Part shown: piece after piece, positions 48,642 to 56,641 of the stretch
Layout of the letters: the number at the start of each line of letters is the position of its first letter
How positions within the stretch are numbered: position 1 is the first letter of the stretch
IMG/VR virus record: IMGVR_UViG_3300021178_000001
Location: 50,256 to 114,255 of that record
Length of the DNA stretch: 64,000 nt
Strand: one strand, 5' to 3'
DNA from: a virus
Made by a program: the position numbers and the translations under genes
The notes under the pieces: model-generated
What the model was told of the DNA's origin: nothing
What the model saw: only the letters and a program-made list of their open reading frames with translations
Database searches by the model: none

Positions 48642-48784
48642 ATCTACATCGTATCTAATTTCTCAAAACATATACAAAAGAAAAAAGAGAGTTCTAGTTA
48701 TAATCTAACTTAGCTACACTTTTAACAAAGTTAACTATCTTACAGTATTCACAATAACAAAAATAACGTAACTATCGGAGACTT

Positions 48785-50203
48785 ATGTCTAATATCATCG
48801 ATCAAGTTGCAAATGACCCGTCCATGACTGGATTTGGCTCTCATTCTGCAGCACAAATGGAAGCTTTGCAAAAAGCTCTCGCAATCTCTCAAAACTACGG
48901 CACGACTGCACCAAATTCCTTGGCTGGTGGTTCTGCTCTCGCAGTCGAAGACCTCGACCGCACCTTGAAACTCGTAACGCACGGACTCGAACACTTGAAG
49001 CTGTGGAAAGACATCATCAAGGAAAAGATTCCTCAAACTGTGCACGAGTTCAACGTTCAGAACTCGTACGGCCAAGAAGTTAGCCCGTTCTTCTCAATGG
49101 GCGGAACTCCTCAGTCGACCGACGCAAACTATGCTCGTGAAGTGATCCAAGTGAAGTATCTCGGAACGCAGGGACAAGTTCAGCACAACTTGACCTTGAT
49201 CCAAGCTGCTCACGGCCCAGTGATCGCTCGCGAAGTGAAGAACAAGACGATCGAACTGTTGGCACGCAACGAGCGCGCGATGTTCGAAGCCGACTCCTCC
49301 ATCAACCCGTTGGAGTACGACGGCATCTTCGCTCAAGTCGCTTTCAAAGAGCAACAAGCAGCGTTTCAGTCGACGGCTTTCGCCGGCTACGACGCAGCTG
49401 GTTCCAGCTCCAGTGTCATCCTAGACATCCGCGGTCAGTTCGACGACGTGGTTGCCGAGCAAATGGCTCTCAAGAACGTGAACAACTTCGGTATGGCCAT
49501 GGACTGCTACCTCGGTACAGACGTCCACTCGAAGTTCTCTCGTGACTTCTACAACAAACAGCGCACGTTGCCGGGTGAGACCCTCACTTCCGGTAACCGC
49601 GTGAAGGAGCACACTGGAACGCTTGACTTCCGGTTCAAGCCCAGTTTGTTCAATCGTCCCAGAATCGCTCCCCTAAGTGTGTCCGTTTCCGCTTCTGCGG
49701 CTCCTACACTCGCCAGCATGCTGACCCCTTCCGACGCTGCTTCCGAGTTTGGTGCTTCCGACGCCGGTACTTACGGCTACAAAGTGTCTCTCGTCTACAT
49801 GGACGGCGAGACTGCTCCTTCGTCTGAAATTTCGGGCGCAGTGGCTGCGGGCGACAAAGTGACGATTCAGATCTCCTACGTGGGAGCTCCTCTCTACGCC
49901 AACATCTTCCGTTCTCCCTTGAACGGTGCCGGCGCTGGTTGGGCATTCATCGGCAGGATCGCTCTGTTGTCCTCTGGCTCGGCAATGAACGTGGACTACA
50001 ACGCTCAACTCCCTGGTTCGGCGAAGGCGTTCTTGCTCATGCACGACAGCGACGCACTGTGTTGGAAACAACTCGGTTCGATGATCAAGTACGACCTCGC
50101 AGTAACTGACACCAGCTACCGCTGGTTGCAGCTGTTGTACGGCACGCCTCTCGTGGCTGCTGCTCGTAAGCAGACCATCGCAGAGAACTTGATCGTTTCA
50201 TAA
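48785..50203 (+). CDS. Major capsid protein (SPO1/Twort-like)
   Basis: GGSALAVEDLD.TLK, KYLG, E..MF.AD....LEYDGI; followed by strong terminator. Confidence 0.9.
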   Translation: MSNIIDQVANDPSMTGFGSHSAAQMEALQKALAISQNYGTTAPNSLAGGSALAVEDLDRTLKLVTHGLEHLKLWKDIIKEKIPQTVHEFNVQNSYGQEVSPFFSMGGTPQSTDANYAREVIQVKYLGTQGQVQHNLTLIQAAHGPVIAREVKNKTIELLARNERAMFEADSSINPLEYDGIFAQVAFKEQQAAFQSTAFAGYDAAGSSSSVILDIRGQFDDVVAEQMALKNVNNFGMAMDCYLGTDVHSKFSRDFYNKQRTLPGETLTSGNRVKEHTGTLDFRFKPSLFNRPRIAPLSVSVSASAAPTLASMLTPSDAASEFGASDAGTYGYKVSLVYMDGETAPSSEISGAVAAGDKVTIQISYVGAPLYANIFRSPLNGAGAGWAFIGRIALLSSGSAMNVDYNAQLPGSAKAFLLMHDSDALCWKQLGSMIKYDLAVTDTSYRWLQLLYGTPLVAAARKQTIAENLIVS

Positions 50204-50227
50204 GTTCTTCGATTAGTCGCAATGACT

Positions 50228-50270
50228 AAAAAAAGGCTGAGTCCGAAAGGATTCAGCCTTTTCTTTTTTG
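50228..50270. terminator. Rho-independent (likely bidirectional) terminator
   Basis: A-tract, GGCTGAGTCC-GAAA-GGATTCAGCC, T-tract. Confidence 0.92.
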
Positions 50271-50305
50271 TTCCAAGTTGGAAGCAATTAGCATATAATA
50301 GATAG

Positions 50306-51409
50306 ATGAACACTAAATGTTGGAATTGTAAAATAGAAATCTCTTCAAAAGCTAAGACTTGCGATAATTCAAAGTGTAAGTCAGCTTGGAAAATGGAGAG
50401 GAATAAACAATTTGATCCGGTCGGGAAGCTTTGTTCTAAGTGTGGACAAGCTTTCACAACTGTAGATCGCAGAAATAATTTCTGTTCTTCAAAGTGCAAA
50501 GCTTTCAGCGCTAATAAAACAAAATTAGAAAAATACGGCACTCTGAGTTTAGAATCTAGAGAATCCGTGGCGCGCCGCGTCGAAAAGTCAAAGAAAGAAA
50601 AAGTTCTGTGCTCAATCGACGGGTGCAAAAACTATAGTAGAAACAGGAAGATGTGCGCCGCTCACTACATAAAAAATTACTATTTAAAGACTCCTGAAGG
50701 AATAGAGACCTATAGACTCAACAATCAAAAAAGAAGGCACGCCGATCGGGAAACTAAGGTGTTACTCAAGTGTGAACTACAGTTCTTGAGAAAACTTCAG
50801 ACTGAGTGCGCCAAGTGTGGAAAAAATGGAGACTTAACTATAGATCACCACGTGCCGCTGTCAAGAGGCGGCCGCCTGTGTGTAGATAACGTAGTTCTTC
50901 TGTGTCAGTCGTGCAACAGCAAGAAGCATGGAAAGTTACCAGAAGAATTTTATACGACGAACGAACTTAGCTTGATAAGTGAACGTTTTAAATTTATCGC
51001 CGATTATAAAAATAGTTTGCCTATCGTCTATTTCTTATTTGGATGCTTCGGTGTAGGAAAGTCTTGGGTCGGCGACCAGTTGACCGACCAATTCTTTGTG
51101 GTTGACTACGACGATCATAGGTTCAAATCTATCGAAATCATTGATGCTTTACCCAAGACCAAACCGATTATATTCATGAGTTCTATCGGAATCACGGCAT
51201 TTATGAACAAACACGGTATGAAGTACAACATAATTCCAGTGGCTATAATAGAAGACTTGGCTACAATAGACGCTAGACTAAAGATGCGCGGAGGATCCAT
51301 GACCGAGAGCGTGAAGCGTCGATTCGATAGGGTTTCGTCAATAGCTAGTAGGTACGCGCAAGTAGCTGGTAACTCCGTACAGATACTAGAGTATTTTAAT
51401 AACCTCTAA
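50306..51409 (+). CDS. HNH endonuclease fused to a P-loop kinase-like domain
   Basis: Zn ribbons; CAKC..TIDHHVPLSRGG...N...CQSCNSKK; then GCFGVGKS. Confidence 0.78.
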   Translation: MNTKCWNCKIEISSKAKTCDNSKCKSAWKMERNKQFDPVGKLCSKCGQAFTTVDRRNNFCSSKCKAFSANKTKLEKYGTLSLESRESVARRVEKSKKEKVLCSIDGCKNYSRNRKMCAAHYIKNYYLKTPEGIETYRLNNQKRRHADRETKVLLKCELQFLRKLQTECAKCGKNGDLTIDHHVPLSRGGRLCVDNVVLLCQSCNSKKHGKLPEEFYTTNELSLISERFKFIADYKNSLPIVYFLFGCFGVGKSWVGDQLTDQFFVVDYDDHRFKSIEIIDALPKTKPIIFMSSIGITAFMNKHGMKYNIIPVAIIEDLATIDARLKMRGGSMTESVKRRFDRVSSIASRYAQVAGNSVQILEYFNNL

Positions 51410-51414
51410 GGTGT

Positions 51415-51687
51415 TCACTTCTTCTTCTTCTTGAATATGTTACCCACTTGCTCGAACTGCTCCATTATGGACTGTTCTTGAGCCACACGGTTGGCTAAGT
51501 CTTGAAACTGTTGAAAACTACACCCCAGAGCCTTCACTTGCTCGACGAGACCGTGTTCGTCCAGCTTCTTCCACATCGGGAGTAGCTCCTTCAACACGGC
51601 GTGTCTAGACATGTTGGGATACCCCTTCGACTCTAAGTGCTCGACCATCACGGATCGGCACTTGTTTATGAGTTCTACGCGGTCCAT
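51415..51687 (-). CDS. Hypothetical protein
   Basis: Coupled minus-strand operon downstream of ligase. Confidence 0.6.
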   Translation of the reverse strand: MDRVELINKCRSVMVEHLESKGYPNMSRHAVLKELLPMWKKLDEHGLVEQVKALGCSFQQFQDLANRVAQEQSIMEQFEQVGNIFKKKKK

Positions 51688-51938
51688 CAGGTCACGTACT
51701 TGTCTATGTTGTCGATCAAAGTCTGAGATTCATCGTTATTCGAAATTATGGGAGCTCTAAATGCTCTTTCACGTTTTGATACCTGCTCATTCCATAGTTG
51801 TCTGAATTTTTCTACATTTAGATGATTTGCTAAACTATCTTCTTTCAAGACAGCAATACCTCCAATTTGACGGGCGGTCTCTGGAAATGGCAATTCTAGT
51901 ATCTGTTCTTCAGTTAACGTTATAATTTCTAGTTCCAT
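51687..51938 (-). CDS. Hypothetical protein (AT-rich)
   Basis: GAGGG RBS; TGATG overlap. Confidence 0.55.
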   Translation of the reverse strand: MELEIITLTEEQILELPFPETARQIGGIAVLKEDSLANHLNVEKFRQLWNEQVSKRERAFRAPIISNNDESQTLIDNIDKYVT

Positions 51939-51945
51939 GCTTCCC

Positions 51946-52191
51946 TCAGTTCAGTTTTATTTCTGGATCGTTCTCTTCAGACTTAACTTTTTCGCGCTCT
52001 CGGTCGGTGAACGCCGCTTCAAACTCCTCGATGTCCGTCACGTCGTCGCATCCGTTCTCGGCGCAAGACTCCCACTCGACGTCGGTCTTGATCTCGAACA
52101 AGATGTCGGACTCCTCGTGGTGTACTAGACGCCGCACGAACGGCATGCCGTCCAACAAGTCCTTTGCTTCCTCGCTCACAGATCGTCCCAT
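51946..52191 (-). CDS. Hypothetical acidic protein
   Basis: Operon position. Confidence 0.55.
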   Translation of the reverse strand: MGRSVSEEAKDLLDGMPFVRRLVHHEESDILFEIKTDVEWESCAENGCDDVTDIEEFEAAFTDREREKVKSEENDPEIKLN

Positions 52192-52364
52192 CTAGTCACT
52201 AAAACCGGATTCTCGATGTCAAACAGCTTCTTCTCAAGCTCGTGGATCTTGACTATGTAATGGAACTCGGCGGTCTCAACCAGTTTGAGTAACTCTTTAC
52301 GGTTTGGAGCTTGAGCCATGTGGGTGTACATGAACTCGGCGACCTGTTCTACGAGGCTCTTCAT
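52176..52364 (-). CDS. Hypothetical protein
   Basis: ATGA overlap with ligase. Confidence 0.6.
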   Translation of the reverse strand: MKSLVEQVAEFMYTHMAQAPNRKELLKLVETAEFHYIVKIHELEKKLFDIENPVLVTRWDDL

Positions 52365-53521
52365 AAATCTTCCCTGAAGCGAACTACGCGACCGTGGCGC
52401 GGAACGTGGTTTGCGTTAGTGAACCCCATGAACTGGACTGTCACGACGCGTCCGATTAGCAACTCTTTTTGCTTGAAGTACGTGCGCAGCTCTTCGAGCG
52501 GCGCATTCTTGACCGCCTTGAAAGTCTCTCCGTTGCCGGCGCGACACACGAACATGGCTAGACCCTTAAACTTTCCGGAGCCTTCCGTGACGTCCACGAT
52601 CTCAAACTCGGCGTCGTCGAACTTCTTCATCTTGAGTAGCCCAGAAGAACGTGACGTCGGGTGACTCTTGTACGGAGCGTCGGCGGTGCGAAGCATTAGA
52701 CCCTCGTAACCGTCCGACAGAACCGTGTCAAAGGCTACTTGAACTTCGTCTTCGGAGTCCACCTTCATCGTAGGAACATTGATGAGAACGTCTTCAACTT
52801 CCGACGCACGTAGAGAAAATACGTTGTTTAAACGGAAATTTCGTTCTTTAAAATTTACTTCTTCCGAAGGCATGTCGTAAATATAGTACTGTACCTTCTC
52901 GTGGCCCTCGACCGGAGCCTTGGGTGTTATGAGCTTAGTGATCTGCTCAAAGTTGTGCTTGTACTCGTGGTTGTACAACTCACCGTCGAGGACGGCGTCG
53001 GCTCCGCCAGTCAGTCGCTCTACAGCTCTGCAGACGTGAGGCACCGACAAGATCGGCTTGCGAGTGCGAGACCACAGAGTGCAAACTCCTTTCTTGACCA
53101 CGGCGATGCACCGGTGACCGTCAAACTTGGGTTGTATGAACACGGGATACTCGATTTTGTCGGCTCGATCCTTGAACTTCTGGGCGAGCATGGGGAAGAT
53201 CCCGCCTTGTACCAAGACGTCTACCTCACCGGCTAAAGCGGCTTCCTGGGACTCAACGTAACCCTTCTTTTTCTTCTGGAGTTCCCACTTTGACTGGGCC
53301 TCATTCAAGGCTTGCTGTTTTAGTGAGGTCTCGTTGGCTTTACCGATGTTTTTACCGCCCAGAATGGTCTCTCTAGCTTCTTGCATCTTGCCGCCCACTT
53401 TACCGTACGTAGTCACTACGTCAAAGAACAAGCGATCGACGTTGTTGGGTTCAACTCTTACTTCCCACGACTTGAGACCACCGCCAGAGTTTTTAGCGAA
53501 TAAAATAGGAAAAGTTTGCAT
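52361..53521 (-). CDS. ATP-dependent DNA ligase
   Basis: QPKFDGHRC, LDGELY, YIYD, EGLMLR, LLKMK. Confidence 0.93.
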   Translation of the reverse strand: MQTFPILFAKNSGGGLKSWEVRVEPNNVDRLFFDVVTTYGKVGGKMQEARETILGGKNIGKANETSLKQQALNEAQSKWELQKKKKGYVESQEAALAGEVDVLVQGGIFPMLAQKFKDRADKIEYPVFIQPKFDGHRCIAVVKKGVCTLWSRTRKPILSVPHVCRAVERLTGGADAVLDGELYNHEYKHNFEQITKLITPKAPVEGHEKVQYYIYDMPSEEVNFKERNFRLNNVFSLRASEVEDVLINVPTMKVDSEDEVQVAFDTVLSDGYEGLMLRTADAPYKSHPTSRSSGLLKMKKFDDAEFEIVDVTEGSGKFKGLAMFVCRAGNGETFKAVKNAPLEELRTYFKQKELLIGRVVTVQFMGFTNANHVPRHGRVVRFREDL

Positions 53522-53570
53522 CGAGTCCTCCTAGTGAAATAATAATACGTTCGAGACTAAAAGTAAAACG

Positions 53571-53798
53571 TTAAGCGACTTTACTACGAAATGAAACGCG
53601 TTTTGTAGACCTACGATTCATACTCTTAAAGTCTTGTAAGATTTGAGTCAACTCGTTCACGTCTAGGCAAGCGTAAATCGTCGCGAGTTTAGACATCGCC
53701 TCGATTTGTCCCGTAGACGAGTTTGCGTGAGTGGGAAGAGTCTCGCGCAACTCTTGGATAGCTTTTAGCACTTCGATGTGGTTTTGAAATTTATACAT
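53571..53798 (-). CDS. Hypothetical protein
   Basis: GAGGGG RBS before MYKFQ. Confidence 0.5.
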   Translation of the reverse strand: MYKFQNHIEVLKAIQELRETLPTHANSSTGQIEAMSKLATIYACLDVNELTQILQDFKSMNRRSTKRVSFRSKVA

Positions 53799-53902
53799 GT
53801 TTGGACCCCTCAAGTTTGGTATACTACTATTGTAATACGCTACGAACGTGAAGCACAAGACTTATATCATAATAAACTGTAACAAATTCAAGGGGATGTA
53901 TC

Positions 53903-54211
53903 ATGAACGAGCTAGACCAAGAACTAGAAATGACCAAACTAGAGCGTTACCTCAAGCGCGAGGGAAGGCAAGACTTCGTGGACGAGATGCACCGCGCGAG
54001 TCCGGTTCAACTCGATTCTAGGATGCTGGGACTCACCAAACATCGCGAGGAGATCGACACTACTCGCAACAACGACGAGGACCTTAAGAAAGCCAAGAAC
54101 GAAGCCAAAGCCCTCGGAGCAACTTATCGTGAACAAACCAAGATGAACAAGAAACTCACTAGATTGGTGGCTTTGCTGATGGCGGAAAAAGGTGTGCCGC
54201 TGAGCAAGTGA
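53903..54211 (+). CDS. Hypothetical coiled-coil protein
   Basis: AAGGGG RBS. Confidence 0.65.
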   Translation: MNELDQELEMTKLERYLKREGRQDFVDEMHRASPVQLDSRMLGLTKHREEIDTTRNNDEDLKKAKNEAKALGATYREQTKMNKKLTRLVALLMAEKGVPLSK

Positions 54212-54582
54212 GGATAGCGATAGTAGCCAGCAACCCGTCGCACTTGGGACCGAACTCGCCGGCTAAAAAAGTGTTCCAACGATGGATGTTCACGATGGGA
54301 GTAGACGTTCCTTACGTCTTTCTCAACGTGTCCAACTCTGTCACTCCGAACAACAGGCCGCTCAAGAAGTCTGAGTACGAACTAGTTAGACTCAAGAACG
54401 ATCTAAGGTTCTGCAGCAAGTTCTTGGCTCTCGGAAACACGGCTTCGGACGCTCTCACGAGACTCCACGTTTCGCACTTCAAGCTGCCGCACCCGAGTCC
54501 GAAGAACCGCAAGTTGAACGACCATAGTCAGGTCGTCAAACTGTTGGCGGAATGCAAGGTATACTTAGACTACCGCTTCTGA
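54208..54582 (+). CDS. Minimal uracil-DNA glycosylase superfamily protein
   Basis: ASNPS, ALGNTA, LPHPS motifs; 124 aa. Confidence 0.72.
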   Translation: MRIAIVASNPSHLGPNSPAKKVFQRWMFTMGVDVPYVFLNVSNSVTPNNRPLKKSEYELVRLKNDLRFCSKFLALGNTASDALTRLHVSHFKLPHPSPKNRKLNDHSQVVKLLAECKVYLDYRF

Positions 54583-54594
54583 TACGATTTCTTT

Positions 54595-55003
54595 GGGTCC
54601 GACAGGTTTCGACTGGGAGCCATGTTCTTTGAAATGCGAGTCTCGGATGGTAGAAGGCCGAGTCATCAAACTACCAATCAATAACTGCCAACGACAACGT
54701 TGTTAGTTTGAATGCTTTCCGCGCTCGCAAGAACGTAGTTAGCCTTCAACACGCCGCCTAATAAGCTGCGCGGAGCCGTCTGAGCTCTGTTAAATAAGAA
54801 AGACAAAACCGAATGCCTCTGAATCGGTAGCTGTAATCAGAAATGTTCTACCAGTAACACAAAGACTGGTTGGTGGAGGTGGCGCAGAGCGAAAGCCGAG
54901 TGTTACCCTAAGTCTTGTCAACTGACTCAAATCGTTGAACACACTCGTAGACTTTCAAGAAGATGCTTTCAGGACCCGGGTTCAAGTCCCGGCGGGTCCA
55001 CCA
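54595..55003 (+). ncRNA. ssrA: tmRNA (one-piece), tag (A)ANDNVVSLNAFRARKNVVSLQHAA
   Basis: Acceptor stem GGGTCCG/CGGGTCC with G3.U70 and encoded ACCA; T-arm CCGGG-TTCAAGT-CCCGG; helix 2 pairings; pseudoknot 1 (CTCGG/CCGAG, TGGTAG/CTACCA); ATAACT-GCC resume site at 54687; TAA TAA at 54759. Confidence 0.96.
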
Positions 55004-55021
55004 TTTTAAGAGGAGAACGAG

Positions 55022-55354
55022 ATGTTCAGTAAAAGATGCGCGTGCGGGATAGCCACCAAGAACTTTCACCGAGACATCGGCGACTTTTACGTGGACGAGT
55101 GCTGTCTCGCAGCCGGCTACGACGAGCTTGGCAAACTCAAGAACCCGACGCCAGAAGTCAAGTCTTCAGTGACCGACAAAGTTTTGAATTTAGTAGGCTT
55201 GGGTCAAACTAATCCAGTAGTACTCAAGCGTCCGGGTCGAGGCAAACTGCGCGACCTCAGAGTCGAAGAGCTGAAGAACTTGGCCAAGACTCAAGGAATC
55301 GTCGGAAACGAAACGATGACCAAAAATCAGCTCATCGAAGCGCTCTTGAAGTGA
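55022..55354 (+). CDS. Protein with C-terminal Rho N-terminal-like domain
   Basis: LRDLRVEELKNLAK..GI.G...MTKNQLIEAL. Confidence 0.7.
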   Translation: MFSKRCACGIATKNFHRDIGDFYVDECCLAAGYDELGKLKNPTPEVKSSVTDKVLNLVGLGQTNPVVLKRPGRGKLRDLRVEELKNLAKTQGIVGNETMTKNQLIEALLK

Positions 55355-55439
55355 ACTACTCCAAAAGTTAAGTTTTTTAATCTCAGATATAATTCATACT
55401 GGCGGCTTCAAGGGAAGTTGTGTCAGGTAGGGATTAGAA

Positions 55440-56390
55440 ATGTTTGAGAAAAAATGGGCCGTAGTGCCCGTACAACTCCTCGTCGCTAACGGCACGACCG
55501 ACGGTCAGCTGCAGATCCCCGACGCGTTCAAGCTTCGAGTCAAACAAAAACTCCTTTTAAAATCAAGCACTCAGCCCACCATCCAAGTTCAAGTCAAGCG
55601 AGTCATTTCTTCCACTACACTTTATGTAGGAAGTCCAGACGGAGACATAGACGACCGAACCAACGTCTCGGCTTACCTTGTGGCCAACGGTGCTTCCGTC
55701 TCGAACCTAGATCCAAATCAACCCAGGCCCAAGATAGGTCGCGAGGACTACGACCGAGCGGTGTACGAGGAAGAGCCCGTAGTAGCCGTCCGCACGGTCT
55801 TAGTCAACCGAGGCGGCGAGTTTGTCGGTTCCGACAAGAACTCGCCTTTTTACGTTCAACTGACCGACGGTTCCATAAACATCGAGACCATCAACGCAGA
55901 GCTGAGAGTTCAACTCTCGGCTAAAGACAACGACCCGACGGCCGGAGACGTCCACTCGTCGGTTCGGATCGGAGACGGAACTAACGAATTGGTCGTCAAC
56001 GCGGACGGTTCCTTCAACGTAAACGTGGTCAACGAGACTCCTTCGAGCGAGAAACTGATCCTAGTGTACAACGAGGACCCGAGCGTCGTGACCGGGGTTT
56101 CGTCGGACTTGGTGACTTATACTGTCCCAGTAGGCAAAAAAGGGTTGCTGATCCGAGCCGCCGTTTCGGGCGAAAACATAGCCACTTTCACTATTTTAGT
56201 CAACTCCATCATAGTGGGCACGCGTCGCACTTACTTCGGAGGCGACTTAGGCACGGAGTTCGTTTACGGCACGGGCGGAAGTTCTGGACTCGAACTAATT
56301 GCCGGAGACACCGTGCTGATCCGCGTGATTCACTACCGACCCGCCACGGCGCCGTTCGAGGGTGAGATTCAAATAATTGAAATCACTTGA
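55440..56390 (+). CDS. Virion structural protein (putative)
   Basis: Beta-rich composition; AGATATAAT upstream; between capsid and adaptor. Confidence 0.55.
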   Translation: MFEKKWAVVPVQLLVANGTTDGQLQIPDAFKLRVKQKLLLKSSTQPTIQVQVKRVISSTTLYVGSPDGDIDDRTNVSAYLVANGASVSNLDPNQPRPKIGREDYDRAVYEEEPVVAVRTVLVNRGGEFVGSDKNSPFYVQLTDGSINIETINAELRVQLSAKDNDPTAGDVHSSVRIGDGTNELVVNADGSFNVNVVNETPSSEKLILVYNEDPSVVTGVSSDLVTYTVPVGKKGLLIRAAVSGENIATFTILVNSIIVGTRRTYFGGDLGTEFVYGTGGSSGLELIAGDTVLIRVIHYRPATAPFEGEIQIIEIT

Positions 56391-56437
56391 TAAAATAGGA
56401 ACTACAGTCAACGGATATAATGTATGAAGAGAAAACT

Positions 56438-56629
56438 ATGACGCCGCTAGAACTCAAGAGAATGAATCTCGAACTGCTCAAATTTTCCGCCTCCATAATG
56501 GAGTTGGAGTGCCGCATAGACGAGTACAACGAGGCCATCGTAAGGACTCAAGAAACTATCGACTCTCAGAAGAAAAAAGAACAAGCTCTCAGAGCCAAAG
56601 TTTCAGAAGCCAGTAAAGTTCAGTCGTAA
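56438..56629 (+). CDS. Small coiled-coil protein
   Basis: Heptad pattern; start 56420 or 56438. Confidence 0.55.
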   Translation: MTPLELKRMNLELLKFSASIMELECRIDEYNEAIVRTQETIDSQKKKEQALRAKVSEASKVQS

Positions 56630-56641
56630 TAGGGGATCATC

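Noticed and set aside
11784-50203. Group I introns or inteins in nrdJ, polA, terL, portal or capsid
   Set aside because: Each is a single ORF of plausible length with contiguous motifs; nucleases lie between genes
54960-55003. Stand-alone tRNA gene
   Set aside because: The T-arm and CCA belong to the tmRNA; no anticodon arm, and no other tRNA was seen
54595-55003. Host ssrA acting as a prophage attachment site
   Set aside because: Phage genes flank both sides, and no integrase or duplicated 3' end was seen
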